The notes beneath the pieces were generated by a model, which was not told the DNA's origin, made no database searches, and saw only the letters and a list, made by a program, of their open reading frames with translations. From Candidatus Fermentithermobacillaceae bacterium (GTDB taxonomy: Bacteria > Bacillota > Sulfobacillia > Fermentithermobacillales > Fermentithermobacillaceae): a stretch of DNA of 64,000 nucleotides. Below are positions 27,624 to 36,399 of the stretch, in pieces; within the stretch, counting starts at the first letter, position 1; the number at the start of each line of letters is the position of its first letter. Location: positions 26,421 to 90,420 of the forward strand of contig DULO01000031.1 in the NCBI GenBank assembly GCA_012840345.1, in the 5' to 3' direction. A program made the position numbers and the translations under genes.

Positions 27624-29303
27624 TTACTTTACATATTCGTCTATGACATCCCAAACGTCCAGGGTCTCGAAACCCCGTCTCCAAGCCGCCACGCCCGCCA
27701 GTCCGTACTTGTCAGCCAGTTCCAGCCTGGCCTTTATTGAATCCTTGTCCTCTATCCATACCTTGTAGTTGTCCTGGCCGATCTTCTTCTCGGCGTACCT
27801 CACGCCGGTTTCGGGGTCAAACACAGGGGTCACCCCGTTCCTGGACAACCAGTTGTTTAACCCGTTCATGCTGTAGGCCTCTTGAGAAACCTTTATCGCG
27901 CCGCCCGACTCCGTCTCCCGCCACAACCTGGTGTAGAACGGAATGCCCAAGACCAGCTTCTCGGCCGGAACTTCCTCCAGAGTCCTCTGGATGGTCCATT
28001 CCGCCCAGGGAATGGCCGACACCGGTCCCGCCACAGGTGAGCTGGCCCAATACTGGTCGTAAGCCATTAGCATCATGTAGTCGACCGATTCCGCCAAACG
28101 GTCCCGCTCGTAACACAAAGACCAGTTCTCGCTTTGGGAACGGACGGTCACGTCCATTGACACCGTAAGCCCCTGCTGGTGCAACAGCGGGGTGAGTTCC
28201 CGCACGAACTGGGTGAGATATGGGGCGTCGGCCATGTATACGTTCTCAAAGTCCAGGTTGATGCCGTCCAGAGAGTAGATCTCGGCCAAAATCAGTATTT
28301 GAGAGGCGACTTTGTCGCGAAGCGAAGAATTCCTAAGCACGGCGCGGGTCAAGTCCGGGTCGAAGGAGTTTGAGAACAAAGCCCACACCTGGTACCCGTT
28401 ATCGTGGGCCCAGTCAACGTAACGCATATCGGCGAGGTTGACGATTTCCCCCGGAGTCGGCCCCAGGTGGAACCAAGTCGGAGACACTACGTTTAGGCCT
28501 TTCATCTTGGGAAGGGTCGCGGGGTCCGGGTTCTTGTTTATCACATGTTCCCATACAAGGCTTACTTTACGGCCAGGGATCGGCTTAGGCGTGTAGGGCT
28601 TTCCTTCCGGCGCTCTAGGGGGCTTGGCCTCTATGCCGTAGACATCCCTCGCTCTAAGGTAGCCGAACAGCCCGTCCGAAGACTCGACCCTAAGCCAGTC
28701 GCCGTCGGTGTGAAACACTTCCACCTCGTCGCCAACGTCCAAATTACCGCGCCTCCTCGCGAGGGACGAGGGCTTTTCCCTCAAAATGGCCAATTGCTTG
28801 ACGGTGCCCCTCATCACCCAAGCGTCATTCCTCTTGAGCTGCACCGTCCCTGCTTCCGGGGAATGAAACAAGTTCAGTGAGTATACGGTTTCAAGGACGG
28901 CCGCGGGAATATACGGCTCGTTGCCCTCAAGTATTACAGGCAGTCTTAGTTCTACCGGGTTTTGATTGACGTAGGCGGTCAGAGAGTCGGTCTTAAGTTT
29001 CACGACTTTATCTTTTGTGGTGATGATCACTTCTCCTCCATCCCACACAGCATCCGGGTCCACGATCTCCTTAACGAAAGTGAAAGGGATGTAGGCCTCT
29101 TCGCTTTGCGCGACCACGGGAAAACCCTGGACTACCCCTTGGTACACCAGATAGGGGCGGGAATCGGGCGGCTTTGGGATATAAGTGAAGGAAGGAGCCA
29201 GCAAAGTCACGGCGCCGCCAAGGAGCAACAAGACGGGCAGCCACCACCACATCTGGGAAGGCGCCCGACGCCTCACAGCTCTCGGGGGAATAGACATAAT
29301 CAT
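27624..29303 (-). CDS. GH18 hydrolase with N-terminal TM, copper-amine-oxidase-N-like and SH3b domains (spore cortex/peptidoglycan hydrolase-like)
   Basis: VVSPTWF, LDGINLDFEN (DxxDxDxE type), LMAYDQ, LGIPFYTRLW, GVAAWRRG. Confidence 0.85.
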   Translation of the reverse strand: MIMSIPPRAVRRRAPSQMWWWLPVLLLLGGAVTLLAPSFTYIPKPPDSRPYLVYQGVVQGFPVVAQSEEAYIPFTFVKEIVDPDAVWDGGEVIITTKDKVVKLKTDSLTAYVNQNPVELRLPVILEGNEPYIPAAVLETVYSLNLFHSPEAGTVQLKRNDAWVMRGTVKQLAILREKPSSLARRRGNLDVGDEVEVFHTDGDWLRVESSDGLFGYLRARDVYGIEAKPPRAPEGKPYTPKPIPGRKVSLVWEHVINKNPDPATLPKMKGLNVVSPTWFHLGPTPGEIVNLADMRYVDWAHDNGYQVWALFSNSFDPDLTRAVLRNSSLRDKVASQILILAEIYSLDGINLDFENVYMADAPYLTQFVRELTPLLHQQGLTVSMDVTVRSQSENWSLCYERDRLAESVDYMMLMAYDQYWASSPVAGPVSAIPWAEWTIQRTLEEVPAEKLVLGIPFYTRLWRETESGGAIKVSQEAYSMNGLNNWLSRNGVTPVFDPETGVRYAEKKIGQDNYKVWIEDKDSIKARLELADKYGLAGVAAWRRGFETLDVWDVIDEYVK

Positions 29304-29441
29304 ACCTCCGGTCGTTATGGGCTACCTTAGATAATGACCTTCGTTGCTAATCCTGGCAAAGCCCTTTTTGTGGATCCCTGAAGGATTGGTCGCCCTGGTA
29401 AAGAAAGTATCTCTGTTGATTGTTAACTCACTGGAAGGGAC

Positions 29442-30284
29442 GTGTTTACCTTGCCAAACGACACTGCCCTAGACATCCTGTGGAACACCATGGAACAAGA
29501 CCTTAACCGGCGGTGCTCTTCGGTGGGCGCCGGAGTCATGGGCTACTCTTTGTGCGATTTGACGACAGGAAAAACGGCCAAGTTCCAAGAACAGGTAGTC
29601 TTTCCGACAGCAAGCACCATAAAGATAGCCATCCTGTTGGCGGTGGCCACCAAAGTCCACGCCGGCCAGCTGGACTGGCAGAGCCGCTACAACACGGCCG
29701 GACTCCCCAAGGTAGGCGGCAGCGGGATCTTGTCGCTCCTTCGAGATCCGGTTGAGTTGTCCCTCTGGGATCTATCATCGTTGATGATAGCCCTATCCGA
29801 TAACGATGCCACAAACGCGTGTATTGACCTGGCTGGAATGGATTACGTCAACTCCCTTCTGTCCTCCTTGGGCCTGAAAAAGACCCTTTTGCGCCGGAAG
29901 ATGATGGACGGGGAAGCCGTCTTGAGAGGGGACGAAAACGTCTCGACTCCTGAGGAACTCATGAAGCTGGTCTCGATGATAGAGAAACGAGACGGAATCC
30001 CGGACGCCGTCTGCAAAGATGTCCTGACCATCTTGAGCCTAGAAAAAGACGGGGCCTTCACCCAAGGGCTGCCTCCCCACGTCAAGAGGGCCAACAAACC
30101 GGGAGGGCTGGACCACGTGGCGGTGGACGCGGGCTTAATCTACCTTAGGGACCGGACCGTGGCGTTGGGGGTCATGGCCTGTTTCGTGGAAGAGAAGCCT
30201 ACCGAGACCGTCGCGGATCTGATCCGAACAGCGTACCGCTACCTAAACCTCATATCCGAGTGCACCGAGTACGGAAGGGCTTAG
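29442..30284 (+). CDS. cytoplasmic class A beta-lactamase-fold serine hydrolase
   Basis: FPTASTIK (SxxK), LSDNDATN, NKPG; no signal peptide. Confidence 0.85.
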   Translation: MFTLPNDTALDILWNTMEQDLNRRCSSVGAGVMGYSLCDLTTGKTAKFQEQVVFPTASTIKIAILLAVATKVHAGQLDWQSRYNTAGLPKVGGSGILSLLRDPVELSLWDLSSLMIALSDNDATNACIDLAGMDYVNSLLSSLGLKKTLLRRKMMDGEAVLRGDENVSTPEELMKLVSMIEKRDGIPDAVCKDVLTILSLEKDGAFTQGLPPHVKRANKPGGLDHVAVDAGLIYLRDRTVALGVMACFVEEKPTETVADLIRTAYRYLNLISECTEYGRA

Positions 30285-30311
30285 GGCGCGCGTAGATCAC
30301 TTGTACAACAA

Positions 30312-30373
30312 GACCGGACATTTCTTCCGGCACGGAGAAGCGGGTGACGGGAGAAACGTCCGGTCGTTTTCTT
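30312..30373. terminator. long hairpin between convergent genes
   Basis: gaccggac-a-tttcttccg..cgggagaaa-c-gtccggtc followed by GTTTTCTT. Confidence 0.6.
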
Positions 30374-30389
30374 GTCGCCGGGAACGCTC

Positions 30390-31391
30390 CTAGCCGATTA
30401 CCTCACGGTACACCCTAAGCCAGTTGCCTCCAAGAACCTTCTTGACCTCTTCCTCGGTGTATCCCCTGGACAGAAGCTCGGCCGTCAACGCGGGCAACTC
30501 GCTCACGTCCTTCATCACAACAGGTTTGCCGGGAACGGGGGTATATCCGTCAAAGTCAGAACCTAAAGCCACACAGTCGATGCCGCCGATGCTCTTGATG
30601 TGATCTATGTGATCGCAAAGCCTCGCGAGGGAGACGTTGTCCGGGTTATCGTCCACGAAACCGGGCGCGAAAACCACGCCGATAACTCCGCCTTTCTTGG
30701 CCAAGGCTTCTATTTGCTGATCGGTCAGGTTTCTCCGGTGAGAGGCAAGCGCCCTGGCGTTGGAGTGAGAAGCGATGTACGGCCTTTCCGCGACCTTGTC
30801 CAGAGACCAGAAGCTGGCGTCTGACAGGTGGGATACGTCCACCAACATGCCGAGGCGCTCCATCTCCTTGACCACTGACACTCCGAAGTCGGTCAAACCC
30901 GACCCGCCCGATCTCTCTCCTACACCGTCAGCTATGTCATTGCGCTGGTTCCAGGTGAGCCCCATGGCGCGGACGCCGAGCTTATAGAACCCGCGCAAGA
31001 GCGCGAGGCTCCCTTCCACCGCTTCCCCTCCTTCAATGCTCAGGAGAAAAGCTACCTTGTCCGCCGCCTTCGCCGCCTCGATGTCCGCCGCCCGGGTCGC
31101 GAGCATGAGTTCCTCTGAGCTTTCCACCAGAGCGTGGAGCGCGTCAAGCAACTCGAGAGCCCGCCTGGCGGAGCGAGCGGGTTTGTAGTGGTCCTCTATG
31201 TAAGCCGCCATTACCTGGCAGGTCACGCCGCCTTCCTTGAGTCTCGGGAGGTCGATCATGCCGGTGTCTCCGCGGGCGAAGAAATCCCTGGGCCTTTGCC
31301 CCATGAAGCCCCGGCCCGTGACCGTCAAAATGGTGTCGCAGTGGCCGTCGATGATAATCGCTTCTTTATGGAGTCTCTCGGCGTCTTCCAC
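30390..31391 (-). CDS. membrane dipeptidase family M19
   Basis: IDGHCD, SIEG, LTWN, DVSHL, ASHSN, RNLTD, LGSDFDG, GGNWLRV. Confidence 0.93.
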   Translation of the reverse strand: MEDAERLHKEAIIIDGHCDTILTVTGRGFMGQRPRDFFARGDTGMIDLPRLKEGGVTCQVMAAYIEDHYKPARSARRALELLDALHALVESSEELMLATRAADIEAAKAADKVAFLLSIEGGEAVEGSLALLRGFYKLGVRAMGLTWNQRNDIADGVGERSGGSGLTDFGVSVVKEMERLGMLVDVSHLSDASFWSLDKVAERPYIASHSNARALASHRRNLTDQQIEALAKKGGVIGVVFAPGFVDDNPDNVSLARLCDHIDHIKSIGGIDCVALGSDFDGYTPVPGKPVVMKDVSELPALTAELLSRGYTEEEVKKVLGGNWLRVYREVIG

Positions 31392-31498
31392 TTGGAACCC
31401 CTCCTGTACTTGAATGCCAGGTCCGGGTATTCCGGCCTGGCATTCATTTAGACTGCTTTTAGACTGCTGTGACTTCTGGCACCGTACCGCAGAATGCC

Positions 31499-31717
<219 letters not shown>

Positions 31718-31732
31718 TTACTTCATGTCTGG

Positions 31733-31741
31733 ATTATAACA
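31733..31741 (-). promoter_or_regulatory. extended -10 promoter of the ferredoxin gene
   Basis: TGTTATAAT on the minus strand ~40 nt upstream of the ATG. Confidence 0.6.
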
Positions 31742-31750
31742 CAGGCAAGG

Positions 31751-33193
31751 CTAGAGGGACGTGCTAGTTGGGGAACTTACTGGAAGGGTAAAGAAAAAAC
31801 TGGAGCCTTGTCCCAGAACGCTTTCGGCCCAGATCCTTCCGCCGTGCCGCTCCACAACCTTCTTGGCTATCGCCAAGCCCAATCCCGAGCCGCCCGTGGC
31901 CCGCGCCCTTGATTTATCGCCCCTGAAAAACCGCTCAAACACCCTGGGCAAGTCTTCGGGAGCTATTCCTTCCCCGGTGTCGGTCACCTCGAAGGTCACA
32001 AAGGGTTCCGTTTCTTTATCATGATCGCTCCCGTACCCTTTATAAGCGCGAATGGTGATGGTCCCGCCTGAAGGCGTATACCTGAAGGCATTGGACAAGA
32101 GGTTTGAGAACACCTGGCTCACCGCGTCCAAGTCCGCTTGAACCGGCGGAAGGCCTTCTTCCACCCGCTGCTCTACGGCGATGCCCTTACCGGATGAAAG
32201 GCCTTGTACAGACGCCGCGGCCCTTGAGACTAGCTCGGAAGGAAGAACGGGCACTGTTTTGAGGGCAGGCGATGCCTGAACCATATCCAACTGGTCCAGG
32301 TTGGCCAAGAGTCCCTCCAGACGGGTCACCTCGTTGGACATAGCGTTGATGGTATCTTCGTCGGGCTCTGAGATGCCCAGGGAAATGGCCTCCAGGTTCC
32401 CTTTGATTATGGTGAGAGGCGTCCGGACTTCATGGGCCACGTCCGATAGAAACTCCCTCTTGTTTTGCTCTTGGGCTTTGAGCTCCCTCGACATGTAGTT
32501 AAAAGACCTTACGAGCTCTCGCATATCCATTGGCGCCCCGGGCACGTCGGCTACCTGGTGGCCGAAATCGCCTTGAGCCACTTTTGAAGAAGCGTCGCGA
32601 AGGGCCTCGAGGGGGCTGGAAATACCTTTCGACAGCCTGACGGCCAAGAACAAAGCCACCGCCATGGACACCGCGCCCGTGGCCAAGGACGCGCGCCTGA
32701 CGCGCGACAGGAAGGCCTGCTCCAAGAACCCCAGGTCCCCGGACGCCGATAGCGCCGTGACCAGGACGTATCCAACCCTGTTTCCTCTCACGGTGATGGC
32801 CGCCGCGTGTTGCAAAGCCTCCGCGTTTAGCGGCAATATGCCGGCGGCCGAGTCGTAGACCAAATAACCGCGGGCATCAAGGAGAATGATCCTCTCGTAA
32901 TCCTGGCATTCGCTCTGAACGCCCCAGCGGTCCGCCCAACCCGGGTTGAAAGTAATGGAAGGCATCCGCAGGATGAGGCCGACGCCTTCCCACCCTCCCG
33001 TCAACTCATAAAACTGGGACAAGACCGGCACAAGAGATGCCGTGCGAAGGGCGTATTGGTCCTGCACATATCCGTGAAAGGTATCTCCGGTGGCCCACAT
33101 GGCGCCAAGCCAGACCAGCGCCACCCCGATGGCTGATACTAAGAGGAACTGGATGATGAGACGGCCCCTGACGTTGGACATGTCACTTACCAC
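31751..33193 (-). CDS. sensor histidine kinase (2 TM, HAMP, HisKA, HATPase)
   Basis: DVAHEVRTPLT, NLLSNAFRY, DTGEGI, GSGLGLAI. Confidence 0.95.
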   Translation of the reverse strand: MVSDMSNVRGRLIIQFLLVSAIGVALVWLGAMWATGDTFHGYVQDQYALRTASLVPVLSQFYELTGGWEGVGLILRMPSITFNPGWADRWGVQSECQDYERIILLDARGYLVYDSAAGILPLNAEALQHAAAITVRGNRVGYVLVTALSASGDLGFLEQAFLSRVRRASLATGAVSMAVALFLAVRLSKGISSPLEALRDASSKVAQGDFGHQVADVPGAPMDMRELVRSFNYMSRELKAQEQNKREFLSDVAHEVRTPLTIIKGNLEAISLGISEPDEDTINAMSNEVTRLEGLLANLDQLDMVQASPALKTVPVLPSELVSRAAASVQGLSSGKGIAVEQRVEEGLPPVQADLDAVSQVFSNLLSNAFRYTPSGGTITIRAYKGYGSDHDKETEPFVTFEVTDTGEGIAPEDLPRVFERFFRGDKSRARATGGSGLGLAIAKKVVERHGGRIWAESVLGQGSSFFFTLPVSSPTSTSL

Positions 33194-33860
33194 TCTTGTA
33201 GCCGACGCCGAACACCGTCAGCACGTATTGAGGTTTTGACGGGTCGGGCTCGATTTTCTTTCTGAGGCTCCAGATATGGGTGTCAATGGTCCTTTCGTAG
33301 CTCTCGTAGATGTCCCCCGCTACGGCGTTCAACAGTTCTTCCCTGGTGAACACCTTTCCGGGCCTGGAGTAAAGGGTCTTAAGAAGCTGAAACTCAGTCC
33401 TGGTTAAGTCTACCTTCTTGCCCGCTATGCTGACTTCCATCTTTTCAGGGTCCAATACCAGGTCCCCAAAGACCATGGGCTTTTGATAAACTTGCCCTGC
33501 CGTCCGCCTCATAATGGCGCGTATCCTAAGGCTAAGCTCCCTGAGGCTGAAAGGCTTGGTCACGTAGTCGTCTGCGCCTAAGCCCAAACCGGCGATCTTG
33601 TCTTCTTCCAGAGACCTCGCCGTAAGAAGCAATACGGGTACCTGGCTGTCTTCGCGAAGGCGCTTAAGGACCTCCCACCCGTTTAGCCTCGGGAGCATGA
33701 TATCCAGCACCACGATATCGGGCTGCTCCTTTTTGAAGACTTCCAGGGCGGAAACCCCGTCGTACGCCAAAGCGACGGAAAAGCCGTCCTTCTCGAGGAA
33801 CTTCCGTATCATCTGGACGATTCCCGGCTCGTCGTCAACGACCAAGACCTTTGGGCTCAA
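33183..33860 (-). CDS. OmpR-family response regulator
   Basis: VVDDE, LDIMLP, GADDYVTKPF, RTIDTHI..LRKK, TVFGVGY. Confidence 0.95.
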   Translation of the reverse strand: MSPKVLVVDDEPGIVQMIRKFLEKDGFSVALAYDGVSALEVFKKEQPDIVVLDIMLPRLNGWEVLKRLREDSQVPVLLLTARSLEEDKIAGLGLGADDYVTKPFSLRELSLRIRAIMRRTAGQVYQKPMVFGDLVLDPEKMEVSIAGKKVDLTRTEFQLLKTLYSRPGKVFTREELLNAVAGDIYESYERTIDTHIWSLRKKIEPDPSKPQYVLTVFGVGYKSGK

Positions 33861-33916
33861 GGCTATCCCCTCCCCAAAGTATTACCTACCGGATGTCAAG
33901 ATGGCGTCAAGGAGCG

Positions 33917-34630
33917 TTACCTTACCCTCGCTTTGGCCAGCGCGTCGCTGACCGCCTCGATCCATCCGGTAGAGCTCCTGGTCGCTCCGGCAAAGGCATC
34001 CACACCGGCCTCTCCTTTGGCCACAAAAGCCTTCTCCATGGCGTCCTTGGCTTCCAGCGCCTTTGTGTAGGTGTAGGTGATCCAGTCTCTGAACTGGCCG
34101 TCTTTGGAAACTTCGTTAAGTATTACCTCGGTTATTCTGTCTTCCTTAATCGTCACCCACGCCACCTGATAACCCTCTTCCGTGCCACGGGAGATACCGT
34201 AAAACACCCCGTCGAAGTATGTCGAGGTGACTGTGGGGGTCATTCTCGCTTTCTCAAGGGCCCATCCCACGGCCTCTTTGTACTTTCGAGAGGACTTAGT
34301 GGCGCCCGCGTAGGCGTCAACGGCGGCGTCCTGCCTGCCCAAAAACCGCTTAGCCATTTCAGCGTTGGCTTCTTTCGCTGGCTCGTACTCGTACGTGTCC
34401 AGGTCCTTCTCCCGTCCGTACCGGTCAAACTCGGTTAGTTCCACAGAAACGATCTTGTCTTTCTCGACCGACACCTCCGCCAAGACGTACCCGGTATCGT
34501 CAGCGGAAGAATAAGCCCTGTAAGTGCCGTCGTTGTACACTTTGGGCCCACAAGCGGCAAGAACTACCGAAACCGCCAACGCCAAAAAGCAAAGCACCGC
34601 CGCCTTGGAACAATAACGCGCCCTGTTCAT
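33917..34630 (-). CDS. lipoprotein with two FMN-binding domains
   Basis: Lipobox VLAA-C; two repeats (YNDGTY.. and YFDGVFY..) each ending VDAYAGATKSS / VDAFAGATRSS. Confidence 0.85.
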   Translation of the reverse strand: MNRARYCSKAAVLCFLALAVSVVLAACGPKVYNDGTYRAYSSADDTGYVLAEVSVEKDKIVSVELTEFDRYGREKDLDTYEYEPAKEANAEMAKRFLGRQDAAVDAYAGATKSSRKYKEAVGWALEKARMTPTVTSTYFDGVFYGISRGTEEGYQVAWVTIKEDRITEVILNEVSKDGQFRDWITYTYTKALEAKDAMEKAFVAKGEAGVDAFAGATRSSTGWIEAVSDALAKARVR

Positions 34631-34908
34631 CCAGAAGACCTCCCGCCCCGCAGGACTTTCTAAGTGTTTGTGTAGAAGGATGGCTTATTCGGAGACTGTT
34701 GACGATTCTTGTCCAACGCACGAAAGCCAGCCAGTCTCAGTGTCGCTCCCCGAAACCCCGGCTGTCAAGGACAAGAAAGTACGCGCACGCTGTCGGTAAG
34801 CGTCGAACGATTCTTTCTTGTCCACAAGGGTATCCACAAAGATGCCTTCGAACTCTATGCATCCCAAAGACCGTGACGCGGTGAATCTACGGGAGGCGGT
34901 AATAGTCA

Positions 34909-35247
34909 ATGAGCAACACGGTAAAGGAAACGTCCAGGTCCTTCGTGGATGGGGAACGAGAGTTCTTTTTGACTTACAGGCTCTCTGCCCAGACAACCGG
35001 TGACGGCCGGGACCAAAGGCACTCCATAACAGCTTTTTCGGTGGAAAAAAGCAAAGCGAGCACACAAAAAGAGTCAACGTGCTCGGTTCACATAATGAAC
35101 CTGTCCGCGGAAACCAGCCTCAGGCTATTTGAGCTCATAGCCCAAGCGGAGAGCCCTGTCTTCCCATGTCACCTGGCCGACATCGTACGGGACCAGATCC
35201 ACGGTATGAGCTTTTGCGAAGTCACCCCTAGCGCTGCGAAGGTATGA
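34909..35247 (+). CDS. hypothetical protein (DUF6514-like)
   Basis: GGAGG RBS; C-terminal LFELI..PVFPCHLADIVRD resembles clostridial DUF6514. Confidence 0.55.
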   Translation: MSNTVKETSRSFVDGEREFFLTYRLSAQTTGDGRDQRHSITAFSVEKSKASTQKESTCSVHIMNLSAETSLRLFELIAQAESPVFPCHLADIVRDQIHGMSFCEVTPSAAKV

Positions 35248-35851
35248 CCCTCGATATCTGAGGCAAAAGGTCGTAGAGCTCGATGAACTCGTCGGCGGCG
35301 TCGACAAGTTCGTCGGCAGCCTTGAAGTTGCACCGGGCGTAGGCGTCGGGATGCTGTGTGGATAACACCTGTATCCTGACGCCTCTCTGGGCGACGGCCT
35401 TTATGAGCGGGACAAAGTCCCCGTCCCCCGACACAAGCACGTACTTGTCGCACCGGTCGACCAGGGACAACATATCGATGGCAAGCTCGAGATCTAAGTC
35501 CGCCTTAATGGAACCTCCGGCGAACACCTTGAGGGGCTTTCTGACCACCATGTAACCGTTTCTGTTGAGGAACCGGTGGAACGACTGGGACCGTCTTCTC
35601 TGGGCGTCCAGCTCTTCTCTTACGGCCTGGGGATCAGGGGAATTTGTCAGCTTAACGTATTGCTCAATGCTGTCGGTAGTCCATTCGCCAGTGTAGTAGT
35701 AAGCTCTGATTAAAATGCTGTCTTTGCTAAGGATCTCAAGGAGTTTTACGAAGTCGACGTGGATTCCAAAGGAGTCATAGGTAGCGTACTTGAAGTTCCA
35801 ACCGTCGACAAAAAAAGCTAGGCGCGATGCGGGAGTAGTGACGTTTTTCAT
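35228..35851 (-). CDS. NYN/LabA (PIN-like) domain protein
   Basis: FVDGWN, IRAYYY, KADLDLELAIDM, LVSGDGDF.P, ADEFI; ATG 35851 after GGAGG. Confidence 0.9.
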   Translation of the reverse strand: MKNVTTPASRLAFFVDGWNFKYATYDSFGIHVDFVKLLEILSKDSILIRAYYYTGEWTTDSIEQYVKLTNSPDPQAVREELDAQRRRSQSFHRFLNRNGYMVVRKPLKVFAGGSIKADLDLELAIDMLSLVDRCDKYVLVSGDGDFVPLIKAVAQRGVRIQVLSTQHPDAYARCNFKAADELVDAADEFIELYDLLPQISRVIPSQR

Positions 35852-35908
35852 TTGAATCCTCCAGGATACGCACGCGGGGCCAAAGCTACCGTGCGTGGTG
35901 GCGGAAGT

Positions 35909-35985
35909 TGGTGCGCCCGGCGCGATTCGAACGCGCAACCTCTGGCTCCGGAGGCCAACACTCTATCCGATTGAGCTACGGGCGC
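35909..35985 (-). tRNA. tRNA-Arg(CCG)
   Basis: GCGCCCG acceptor, D arm GCTC..GAGT, anticodon loop CT-CCG-GA, TTCGAAT T loop, encoded CCA; 77 nt. Confidence 0.97.
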
Positions 35986-35999
35986 ACACCACATCACCC

Positions 36000-36028
36000 A
36001 TTATACAGTCCTAAATGCGACCTAACAA
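36000..36028 (-). promoter_or_regulatory. sigmaA promoter of tRNA-Arg
   Basis: TTGTTA-17 nt-TATAAT, 14 nt upstream of the tRNA. Confidence 0.6.
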
Positions 36029-36283
36029 TATCAGGGCGCCTATTACCAGGAACCCGCCTCCTGCGACCGTCTTGATGATACTCTGGGGAACGACCCTGTA
36101 AAGGGTGTCTCCTACCAGTACGCCGATTAGCGAAGACAGGACCAACGCGACCGCGGAACCCAGGAACACGCTCAGAGGAGCCTTCTTGGACGAAGCCAGC
36201 ATCATGGTGGACAACTGGGTCTTGTCTCCCAGTTCGGCGAAAAACACCGCTATGAACGTAGAAAACACTACTTGCCAGTTCAA
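36011..36283 (-). CDS. TMEM165/GDT1 (UPF0016) half-size Mn/Ca transporter
   Basis: Single AELGDKTQL motif, three TMs; TTG start after GGAGG. Confidence 0.88.
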   Translation of the reverse strand: MNWQVVFSTFIAVFFAELGDKTQLSTMMLASSKKAPLSVFLGSAVALVLSSLIGVLVGDTLYRVVPQSIIKTVAGGGFLVIGALILLGRI

Positions 36284-36399
36284 TATGTACGAGCCTCCGG
36301 CTCGTCCCTCCTCCCTGGTTGCCGTAGTTAGAGAGAACGCCGCCAAAATACTATATTAACCCGCAAGAACTGTCCAGAAACGGTTTGAGCGGGAAGGTC

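Noticed and set aside
29442-30284. Antibiotic resistance beta-lactamase
   Set aside because: Lacks a signal peptide and the Glu166 omega-loop motif; fold similarity only.
35909-35985. tRNA as integration site of a genomic island or prophage
   Set aside because: No integrase, transposase or phage gene, and no duplicated tRNA 3' end noticed in the window.
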